Shown here one piece after another: positions 40,882 to 48,353 of a stretch of 64,000 nucleotides of DNA (the first letter of the stretch is position 1; every line of letters begins with the position of its first letter). The stretch spans positions 1,898 to 65,897 of the IMG/VR virus record IMGVR_UViG_3300023081_000014; one strand, 5' to 3'. Source of the stretch: a virus (Duplodnaviria > Caudoviricetes). A program made the position numbers and the translations under genes. The notes beneath the pieces are model-generated. The model was not told the DNA's origin. It was given only the letters and a program-made list of their open reading frames with translations, and ran no database searches.

Positions 40882-41252
40882 TAACTAACCTCCGATTTGT
40901 TGTCTCCTAAAGGTTTTACATTAACATAGCCAGCACCCATAGGATTTTCTGCTGACGCTACACCTTGATCTTTTGCAACATTACCGCATAGTTCTTTAAA
41001 CCAAGCGTCTACAATTTCTTCTTCAGAATCACCTTGATAACCATTAAGTTTTAACTCACGTATAAAGTATTGATTCCAATCTAATTCAAAGAAGCCGTTG
41101 CGTGGATTATTATCTTTCATTTCCACATTGAGAACCGCTACATAAGGTTCTTTCTTTTTTGTTGCTTCTGCTTTAGCGTCTGTTGTCTTTTCTTTAGACA
41201 CCGTAGCAGGAACATGGTTTTTATTAAACATTTTTTTAATTACATCTATCAT
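40881..41252 (-). CDS. Hypothetical protein
   Basis: 123 aa; NGFFELDWN...GYQGDSEEEIVDAWFKELC. Confidence 0.7.
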   Translation of the reverse strand: MIDVIKKMFNKNHVPATVSKEKTTDAKAEATKKKEPYVAVLNVEMKDNNPRNGFFELDWNQYFIRELKLNGYQGDSEEEIVDAWFKELCGNVAKDQGVASAENPMGAGYVNVKPLGDNKSEVS

Positions 41253-41294
41253 TATAGTCCTGCCTTTCTTGCTTTATCATCTAAATCTTCTTTA

Positions 41295-42188
41295 TTAAGT
41301 CCCCCAAGCGTTGCCGAAGATGTCGACGTGTAGTCGGGGTGTATACCTCCAGCCTCGCTCCATTGCCAATGTTGCGACTCCTCTTGTGTTGAGGCTGTAT
41401 TCTTCTGAACGACCCCCAAGCGGCATAACATAGACTGGAACATCGATTCCTTCTGCTCTGTACTGTTCAACTGCTCTTGTAACTTCATCCACATCTTCTT
41501 CGGTAGCCACAACAAACTTGAAATACATACTACTATTAGGTACATCGTAATACTGCCTAGCAATATCAGGCTTGATAGCAGTATCCCAAGGCTCTCCTGA
41601 TACGGAAAGTTTTGGACTGCACGACCAAGTGATGTGAAATGCTCTTTCGTTGTTGAGCCACTCTCGGAAATCATCTCTAAGAGTTTGTGTTGTATTTGTT
41701 TCAAATGTAACATTTTTTAAGTCTCCCATGCCAGGGTGTTCGAATAGATCCATGTAAAGACGTTGCCACCCTAGCAGGGGCTCTCCGCCTGTGAGTATAA
41801 AATGAACATCTTGTCCATTGTCCATTGTCCACTTATTTTGTGGAGTAAGACTTAACACATAGTCAACAACTTCGTCAACTGTGTGGTCTTTCATATACTT
41901 CTTAAATTCTGGATAGATACTCGCATATGTATCACAACCTGTGTGTACAATAGGCAAATCCTCAAATCTATTTACCTTGTCTAAAATACCATCATCAAGT
42001 AATTGTTTTACTTCAGGATTATACTTGATGCCTTGTTCTAATTTTTCTGCTCTGTTTGGATGCTTGTCCAAACCAAAATTCATACAACGAAAGTTACAGC
42101 CAAATGTACGTAAAAATACACTAGGCACGCCTACAAAACGTCCTTCACCTTGTACACTATAAAATGCTTCACTATATCTAAGTTTCAT
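41295..42188 (-). CDS. queE: 7-carboxy-7-deazaguanine synthase (radical SAM), non-canonical cluster motif
   Basis: YSEAFYSVQGEG.FVG.PSVFLRTFGCNFRC...GCDTY; LTGGEPLL; TFETNTT; SCSPKLS; PRLHV.IFG. Confidence 0.88.
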   Translation of the reverse strand: MKLRYSEAFYSVQGEGRFVGVPSVFLRTFGCNFRCMNFGLDKHPNRAEKLEQGIKYNPEVKQLLDDGILDKVNRFEDLPIVHTGCDTYASIYPEFKKYMKDHTVDEVVDYVLSLTPQNKWTMDNGQDVHFILTGGEPLLGWQRLYMDLFEHPGMGDLKNVTFETNTTQTLRDDFREWLNNERAFHITWSCSPKLSVSGEPWDTAIKPDIARQYYDVPNSSMYFKFVVATEEDVDEVTRAVEQYRAEGIDVPVYVMPLGGRSEEYSLNTRGVATLAMERGWRYTPRLHVDIFGNAWGT

Positions 42189-42206
42189 TTACAACTCCTA
42201 TTATAT

Positions 42207-42235
42207 ATTATAGTGTTTATTTAGGTTTTTGTCAA
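42207..42235 (-). promoter_or_regulatory. Sigma70 consensus promoter of queE with embedded TAAATA
   Basis: TTGACA-17 nt-TATAAT; spacer contains CTAAATA (42218-42223); AGGAG SD. Confidence 0.8.
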
Positions 42236-42238
42236 CCA

Positions 42239-42667
42239 TTAACATCCAACATTATCATCAAAAAGTTCAATTTGGTCTTCGTCTTTTTTGATATATTTTT
42301 GTTTTTCTGGAATAACACCACGAACACCACCTGCGGGGTCTTCCATATCGCCATCACGTCTAAAGATTAAATGAACATGTGGATACATGCAAGTTTGACC
42401 TGCACTCTTGCCCATATTGATTCCAATATTGAAGCCTGTGATGTTATTATTTGCTTCAACGTTTTGTTTACCCATTGCTAGAGCAAATTTAAAACAACGA
42501 AGTATTTCTTCGTCTAAATTTTCTGTAGGAACAACAAGTGTATGTCCTTCTGTTACAGGATAGATATCTTTGTAAACAACAAAGTCTCTAGTTTTGTATT
42601 CTACTTCTGTCCAAGGTGCTCTACCTTCTGCTTGTGCTTTTTCTAGTGTATCAATCATACATTCCAC
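42239..42667 (-). CDS. HIT family nucleotide hydrolase
   Basis: DIYPVTEGHTLVVP...GFNIGIN.G.SAGQT.MYPHVHLI; first His of the triad replaced by Tyr. Confidence 0.85.
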   Translation of the reverse strand: MECMIDTLEKAQAEGRAPWTEVEYKTRDFVVYKDIYPVTEGHTLVVPTENLDEEILRCFKFALAMGKQNVEANNNITGFNIGINMGKSAGQTCMYPHVHLIFRRDGDMEDPAGGVRGVIPEKQKYIKKDEDQIELFDDNVGC

Positions 42668-42858
42668 TCCATCTTAGATTCAATAGCGAAACGAGCACCT
42701 TGTATATAATCTCTATCTTCTTCTGACAAAGCACTCCAAAACTTGCTTACACTTTGAATATGTTCTTCTACTTCTTCAGGATGTTCTAAATGATAGTTTG
42801 ATTCCATCCATGCCTGTAGTTTATCCATGCGTTCATTAATTTTATCTTTAACAGTCAT
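42655..42858 (-). CDS. Small hypothetical protein (start revised to MTVKDK)
   Basis: GGAG SD and TAATG coupling at 42858. Confidence 0.65.
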   Translation of the reverse strand: MTVKDKINERMDKLQAWMESNYHLEHPEEVEEHIQSVSKFWSALSEEDRDYIQGARFAIESKMEWNV

Positions 42859-43592
42859 TAATACTCCTGTGTCCATACATCCGCCGAAAACCCTTTTCCG
42901 TTAGTATCACCACCGTTGTTATCTACATCTTTACCGTCGTAAGTAATACCACGTACTATGTCTTCTCCATTGGTAGTTTCGCTGTATTGAATTTTAAGTT
43001 TTTTAGGATCAAACTCTCCCACAGTTTCTACTATGCCATCAAAGAATGTACCTTTTTCTAGAGAAAGCATTTGTACAATGTGTGTGCCTTTTTCTGGATA
43101 TGTATCCTCTACACTTTCTAGTATTTCTGTTTCGTAATTAGTTTCTTCACTAATACCATTTGCCCATTCACCTACATCTGTGTTTTCAACAATAGTATTA
43201 ATGTGCTTACTGCTGTATTCTATTCCGTCTACTTCGTTTATCTCAATATTAGCACTATCAATTGAAACAGAGTGTATATGCTCAAACTCGTTTGGCATTT
43301 CGTACCACGAACTGCAAGCACCTACGCCTTCTTCATCATCGCTTAAAAAGTTTGCTTCAGGCGGAACACTTTCAATGTCTTCAAAGTCAAAAGTGCCGTC
43401 TTCTGCGTTTAGCATATAGTTAACAAGATCACTGTCGCCATGTTCTTTAACAATAGGTTGCCAAAAATCATATGCTTCTTTTGATATGCTTGCGTATGCA
43501 TGTTCTGCACCATATCCCCATAATTGTATATGATAGTATCTAGGACCTTTAATTCTATCCAGTGTTTCTTGTTTTTCCTCAAGCGTGGCCAT
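42858..43592 (-). CDS. Acidic hypothetical protein
   Basis: 244 aa, very Asp/Glu-rich. Confidence 0.7.
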   Translation of the reverse strand: MATLEEKQETLDRIKGPRYYHIQLWGYGAEHAYASISKEAYDFWQPIVKEHGDSDLVNYMLNAEDGTFDFEDIESVPPEANFLSDDEEGVGACSSWYEMPNEFEHIHSVSIDSANIEINEVDGIEYSSKHINTIVENTDVGEWANGISEETNYETEILESVEDTYPEKGTHIVQMLSLEKGTFFDGIVETVGEFDPKKLKIQYSETTNGEDIVRGITYDGKDVDNNGGDTNGKGFSADVWTQEY

Positions 43593-43983
43593 ATGTTAGT
43601 TCCTCTGTAATGTATCTTTTAAGTTCTTTGTCCTTAACATCGTTGGGTATTTCGTTTTTATAAAAGATTCTGTAACTATCACTACCATATTTGCCAATAC
43701 CATAAAGTTGTGTAGCATCATTTCCGTCCCAACTTTCAAACTGTATGCTCATCTTATAAATGCGTTTTGCTCTTACCTTTTGCATACCCAATGGTGCTAG
43801 AAACTCTTCCAACATAGGAATTGTTGCTGAACGTAACAGTTTGTTTGCTGTAGGCCAACGTTTAAAAAACTTTGTAAGCAAAGGTTTAGTTTGACGTCTA
43901 TTAACTTGATTAAGACAAATAACACCAACCATATGTTGCCATACATTTTTTACCTGCTGTTGTACCATCAAGTCATCACGCAT
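43579..43983 (-). CDS. HhH-GPD DNA glycosylase, MBD4-like
   Basis: WQHMVGVICLNQ...FFKRWPT...LAPLGM..VRAK...LYGIGKYGSDSYRIF, closely resembling the MBD4 motif LHGIGKYGNDSYRIF. Confidence 0.82.
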   Translation of the reverse strand: MRDDLMVQQQVKNVWQHMVGVICLNQVNRRQTKPLLTKFFKRWPTANKLLRSATIPMLEEFLAPLGMQKVRAKRIYKMSIQFESWDGNDATQLYGIGKYGSDSYRIFYKNEIPNDVKDKELKRYITEELTYGHA

Positions 43984-44540
43984 TAGTATAGTGCCTCGAT
44001 CTTATCACAGATTTTTAGTTTCTTTGCTTCTTCCGCACTTAACCAAACGTCTTGCGGTGGAAGAAGAATTTCTTTGATTTTAGCCTCAGTCATTCCTAAG
44101 CATTTTTTATAATGATTAATCATACGTTCTGTGCTTAGTTCAAACTCTTTAACACGAGCATATAGTTCGTGTTCTTTACCTCTGCTACCCCAACTGTATT
44201 GATGTGATAATATGCTAGTGTTTGGTGTAAGGATACGTTTACCTTTTGTACCCGCAATAAAGATTAAAAACCCACAACTAGCAATTAATCCTAGTCCTAC
44301 AGTCTTAATAGGTATACTGCTTGATTTCATTACATCTATTAATGCAAAAGCGGCATGTACATCGCCGCCTGGTGAGTTAATTACTATTGTTAATTGTGGT
44401 AATGGGTTATCACTTAAATTATGATTCATTACCCATTTAATTGCTTCCTTACAACTAGCATATGTTATTTGATCCATCAAAAGATAGACGCCATTTGCTT
44501 CTATATTCTGTGGCTGTTGTTGTTCTTGTTTTTTAGCCAT
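43983..44540 (-). CDS. clpP: ClpP-like serine protease subunit
   Basis: INSPGGDV.AAFALID...TVGLGLIASCG..IFIAG.KGKR...NTSILSHQ...WLSAEEA. Confidence 0.85.
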   Translation of the reverse strand: MAKKQEQQQPQNIEANGVYLLMDQITYASCKEAIKWVMNHNLSDNPLPQLTIVINSPGGDVHAAFALIDVMKSSSIPIKTVGLGLIASCGFLIFIAGTKGKRILTPNTSILSHQYSWGSRGKEHELYARVKEFELSTERMINHYKKCLGMTEAKIKEILLPPQDVWLSAEEAKKLKICDKIEALY

Positions 44541-45027
44541 AATGTCCTACATTCTCCCAGGGATATACTAACCATACATCTTCCTCGGCTTTGTTTACTT
44601 CATCGCAAGAGTATGATACACCGTCAAACTCACTGCTTAAATTTTCTGTTAATACCGCAAAGCGAACATTGTTACCCCAAATATCGTCTGACAAGTTATA
44701 AACACTTGATTGCCAATCTTGTTTAATCCAATTAAATGTAGCACCAGTGTCGTTAATATCATCTACGATAAGAATTTTCTTACCTGCTTGAGCATCTTCA
44801 CTCATCCAGCAGTTTGTTTCACTTTCGCTGTTGTCATCACGTAGACTAACTTTAAGTGCTTCACAACGAATGCCTGTCATGTTACTAATAATAGTAGCAG
44901 GAACATTGCCACCTCGTGTAATACCTACAATGTAATCAGGCTTCCAGTTGTCTTTGTACATTTGATTAACAACGCTAGTACACATTGTTTCCACGTCTTG
45001 CCAACTGTAAAATTTCTTTTTGATCAT
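44533..45027 (-). CDS. Purine phosphoribosyltransferase (Gpt/XGPRT-like)
   Basis: IVGITRGG.VPA; PRPP loop ILIVDDINDTGAT; terminal WLVYPWE. Confidence 0.85.
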   Translation of the reverse strand: MIKKKFYSWQDVETMCTSVVNQMYKDNWKPDYIVGITRGGNVPATIISNMTGIRCEALKVSLRDDNSESETNCWMSEDAQAGKKILIVDDINDTGATFNWIKQDWQSSVYNLSDDIWGNNVRFAVLTENLSSEFDGVSYSCDEVNKAEEDVWLVYPWENVGHYG

Positions 45028-45030
45028 TTT

Positions 45031-45189
45031 TTAGTCCTTATTAACTATATCAGGTGTAATAGCATCTATTGTGTTTACTACTGTTTTACCTGCATAAATT
45101 GCCGTTGATGCTGTTACGTCTAATACTGCAACAGTAGTTGAACATCCTGTACAAAACAAAACAACAATAATAGCAATTAATTTGTTCAT
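45031..45189 (-). CDS. Small lipoprotein (52 aa), not in ORF track
   Basis: Manual translation MNKLIAIIVVLFCTGCSTTVAVLDVTASTAIYAGKTVVNTIDAITPDIVNKD; signal peptide with lipobox-like TGC; GGAG SD. Confidence 0.7.
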   Translation of the reverse strand: MNKLIAIIVVLFCTGCSTTVAVLDVTASTAIYAGKTVVNTIDAITPDIVNKD

Positions 45190-45491
45190 TAATCTCCTAA
45201 CGAAAACTCAACCTGTGTTACGTTTGCCCAGGTAAAAGAACGCCAACCTTCTGCATTAATATCATAAACAGCAAGAACATTGTCATTCTTTTTCTTTTGT
45301 TCACCTTCGGGTTTTTCTTTAGGGCGAAATGCTTCCGGAATAATATCTTGATTTAATGTACAAGTCATTATTCGTTTATCGCCATCTTTTTTGTTAAAAG
45401 TAACAACTACTTTTTGCTCTCGTAGAATTCCTTTGAGCCATTCACGGCCTTCGGGTGTGTCAATTTCGCTTGTTTTAGTTTCAGTATTCAT
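45189..45491 (-). CDS. SH3/WYL-like fold protein
   Basis: VVVTFNKKDG.KRIMTCTL...VYDINAEGWRSF. Confidence 0.65.
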   Translation of the reverse strand: MNTETKTSEIDTPEGREWLKGILREQKVVVTFNKKDGDKRIMTCTLNQDIIPEAFRPKEKPEGEQKKKNDNVLAVYDINAEGWRSFTWANVTQVEFSLGD

Positions 45492-45523
45492 TGTGCCATG
45501 CCCTTATAATATGATTGTAATGC

Positions 45524-46030
45524 TCACGCATCGTCCTTTGCACCCCTTGCGAGGTATTGTTCGTTGTGGATCCATCTGTAGCCTTCGTGCTTGACATGAT
45601 CCATGAAACCCCATTCTTTAACTTTTTTGCCCATGAAGAACAAACTCCAACAAGGTATTTCATTTCCGTCCTCATCTTTCTCTAATTCTAGCCAGTGTAA
45701 ATCATCTGCGTTACGAATACGGAAGTGTCCTGGCCCACGCCATACTCTAGTGCTACCTACCACATTACCTTCTTTGCTTTTTAAAGGAATCCATTCCCAG
45801 TAACCGCCTTTAAGTATTAGGGTTGCATAACCCCATGGATGATCATGTAGTGTAGGTTCGTCACTTACTAAAACTTTGTGTAATGTAATATTAAAAGGAA
45901 AGTGTTTTCTATTTTTAAGGAATAGATAATAACGTATTAGATAGGGAACATCGCTATCACGTTCTGTGATAACTCTGCGTCTACCCAATTTATCCATTAC
46001 TTTTGCAAAAATATTCAACTTATTCTCCAT
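45524..46030 (-). CDS. Cupin-fold metalloprotein (HDHPW family)
   Basis: LHKVLVSDEPTLHDHPW..ATLILKGGYWE...HWLEL...WSLF. Confidence 0.65.
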   Translation of the reverse strand: MENKLNIFAKVMDKLGRRRVITERDSDVPYLIRYYLFLKNRKHFPFNITLHKVLVSDEPTLHDHPWGYATLILKGGYWEWIPLKSKEGNVVGSTRVWRGPGHFRIRNADDLHWLELEKDEDGNEIPCWSLFFMGKKVKEWGFMDHVKHEGYRWIHNEQYLARGAKDDA

Positions 46031-46310
46031 TCAATTTTTCATCTTCTTCACACATATTATACACGGAAATGAACTGATTGTAAAGAGTTTTCGCGGTCGG
46101 ATATTTGTCCAATACATCAAAATCTATATATTTTCCGTTATTTGGATTCCAATTATTGTCAAATGTAATCGAACTAATATCTACTGTACTAATTGTATTA
46201 TCATAATTATAACTTGTAAAATTACTGTCTATACTATATGTTCCATCGCCTATTGTATATTCGTCGCAGTTGTCGAGTGTAATACTGTAAGTTTTTTCTT
46301 TGTCACCCAT
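46020..46310 (-). CDS. Hypothetical protein
   Basis: 96-aa acidic ORF in operon. Confidence 0.55.
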   Translation of the reverse strand: MGDKEKTYSITLDNCDEYTIGDGTYSIDSNFTSYNYDNTISTVDISSITFDNNWNPNNGKYIDFDVLDKYPTAKTLYNQFISVYNMCEEDEKLNGE

Positions 46311-46320
46311 TTTGTAATCC

Positions 46321-46974
46321 TTAATTTATATTATTGTACAACCATTTGACGTAAAAATCAATCTGTTTTTCGTTTCGTGGTCCGTCAATTTTTTCAATAA
46401 AATCTATTAATTTGTTTGGTTGATACAAGTCCCAAGCATGAATTACATATTCGCTATTTGTAGTTAATGATTCTGGAATATATCTATCCCAAATATTTTT
46501 CCTTATTAACATTTCTTTATGTGCAAGCATATCTAATTCTTTTTTTGAAATGCTAGTATCAAGGCCTTCGTTAACAAATTTGTTAACCTTAATTAGATCC
46601 ATTAATACAATATCTCTTTCTTTTGATGTATAATCAATGCCTATCGTAACTGTATTATGAAAATGTTCTTTTATTATGTGTTGTTGTTTAGGATCATAGT
46701 TTCCTAAAACTATATTCTTGTCTGTGTTTTTTAACAGATGTTCTAATTTGTCTAGTTTGTTAGTGTAATCTATTTCACGAAAACTGTTTATATTTCCGTC
46801 GGTAATGTAGTTTACATATTCAGCATCTTGTGTTTCGTCAAAATATAATGTGCCATTATTAAGAATTATAGGAACACAAGGCTGGAGGAACCTATCAGTC
46901 CATCCAGCCAGTGTTAATATTAAAGAATCACATAGTGTTCCTATAGGTCCGGTGACAAAATAAATTTGTCCCAT
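46321..46974 (-). CDS. Hypothetical protein, possible degenerate P-loop/sulfotransferase-like fold
   Basis: 217 aa, AT-rich; N-terminal IYFVTGPIGT resembles a P-loop start. Confidence 0.55.
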   Translation of the reverse strand: MGQIYFVTGPIGTLCDSLILTLAGWTDRFLQPCVPIILNNGTLYFDETQDAEYVNYITDGNINSFREIDYTNKLDKLEHLLKNTDKNIVLGNYDPKQQHIIKEHFHNTVTIGIDYTSKERDIVLMDLIKVNKFVNEGLDTSISKKELDMLAHKEMLIRKNIWDRYIPESLTTNSEYVIHAWDLYQPNKLIDFIEKIDGPRNEKQIDFYVKWLYNNIN

Positions 46975-46980
46975 ACTTTG

Positions 46981-47637
46981 TTAACCTCGTTGTGTGTCAG
47001 CGAGTTTGTTCTTCAAGTAGTTTAGAAGAACACCGTATGCTGGTAGGAACACAATTAGACCAACCACAATCTTGGTTAGTGTATTGTTCTGTGCAACAAT
47101 GTGCCAGTTCTCACCAATCCAAGTTAGTTTGCCTTCTGCGTCTGTTGAACCTGCGAATGCCACATAAAAGAATGAATATGTGTCAATGATGTTTGCGACA
47201 ATAGTTGAAATCGCTGGTGCCGCCCACCATGCAGTTGAACGTTCACGGATTGCTTGGAAAACATATACATCAAGCATTGTGCCGATAGCATATGCTGTAC
47301 CACTTGCAAAACCTACTCTATATGCGTGTTCATCACCCAGTGCTAGTAATACTAGTACCGAAGCGATAATAGCAGGAATAATAGCCATTGCTACAACGGC
47401 TCTACCTGCTTCTTTACCAACCATACGTACTGTAAGGTCGGTTGCTACTACAACAATCGGAAATGTAAATGCCGCGGCGGCTAGTGGAAACGAGCCAAAC
47501 AATGGCAAGTCCGCGCCAGGGAATAATTCAAATCTAATTGTGACTAGATAATTCGACACAGCAATAACCAACGTGTGTAGAATAACTAGATTTCTGACAA
47601 GTGCCTTATCGACACCTGCTAAAAGTTTATTGAACAT
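46981..47637 (-). CDS. yhhQ: Queuosine precursor (preQ0/preQ1) transporter, YhhQ/Vut_1 family
   Basis: Multi-TM; VIAVSNYLV, AFTFP.....TDLTVRMVG, ASGTAYAIG..LDVYVF, STIVANIIDT..F...AF. Confidence 0.88.
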   Translation of the reverse strand: MFNKLLAGVDKALVRNLVILHTLVIAVSNYLVTIRFELFPGADLPLFGSFPLAAAAFTFPIVVVATDLTVRMVGKEAGRAVVAMAIIPAIIASVLVLLALGDEHAYRVGFASGTAYAIGTMLDVYVFQAIRERSTAWWAAPAISTIVANIIDTYSFFYVAFAGSTDAEGKLTWIGENWHIVAQNNTLTKIVVGLIVFLPAYGVLLNYLKNKLADTQRG

Positions 47638-47651
47638 TTGTCCTCCTTTTA

Positions 47652-48338
47652 TTATCTTGGCGCAAATTCTTGCTGGAGTTTGATGTTATCCATAAACTCT
47701 TTTTTAGTTCCAGCATCGTCTTTGAACGCCCCCTTTAACACAGTGGTCTGTGTCAAACTTGAATGTGCCATGATACCTCGGTTCTCACAGCATCCGTGTG
47801 TTGCTTGAATGTACACACCTAAATGTTTTGAATCTGTTGCTTTGCTAATTTCTCTTGCAATGTCATTAGCAAGTTCTTCTTGTAGTGTACCACGTCTAGC
47901 ACACCATTGTGCAATACGTGTATATTTAGAAAGTCCAATAACTTTACCATTTGGAATAATACCAATATATGCTACGCCTGTTACTGGCTGGTGGTGATGC
48001 GAACAAACACTTTTTAGTTCACTTCGCACAACTAACATACCTGTATAAGCATCTTCACCTTCATTTGGAAAAGCAGTAGCATTAGGAATACGATCATAAC
48101 GTCCTTGCATTAGTTCATTGTAATACATTTTAGCAAGACGTTTAGCAGTACCATGACTGTTAGGATCTGTTGCTCTATCAATAATAAGTGCGTCTAACAC
48201 ACCTTCAAATTTTTCTGCGGCTTCTTCGATTAGTTTTTCTTTTTCGCCAGCATATATAAATTCGCTAATATTATCACCCGCCCAAAAACGCTTGTTAGCA
48301 TCTTTGATTCTGCGTGTTACTTCTTCATACTTTTTCAT
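47652..48338 (-). CDS. folE: GTP cyclohydrolase I
   Basis: SVCSHHHQPVTG.AYIG..PNGKVIGLSKY.RI...RR..LQE; HGCCENRG. Confidence 0.95.
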   Translation of the reverse strand: MKKYEEVTRRIKDANKRFWAGDNISEFIYAGEKEKLIEEAAEKFEGVLDALIIDRATDPNSHGTAKRLAKMYYNELMQGRYDRIPNATAFPNEGEDAYTGMLVVRSELKSVCSHHHQPVTGVAYIGIIPNGKVIGLSKYTRIAQWCARRGTLQEELANDIAREISKATDSKHLGVYIQATHGCCENRGIMAHSSLTQTTVLKGAFKDDAGTKKEFMDNIKLQQEFAPR

Positions 48339-48353
48339 TTTTTCTCTCCGATG

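Noticed and set aside
41252-41713. 153-aa ORF overlapping queE in another frame
   Set aside because: Lies almost entirely within queE, with no SD and frameshift-like composition; only its last 17 codons are noted as a possible frameshift tail.
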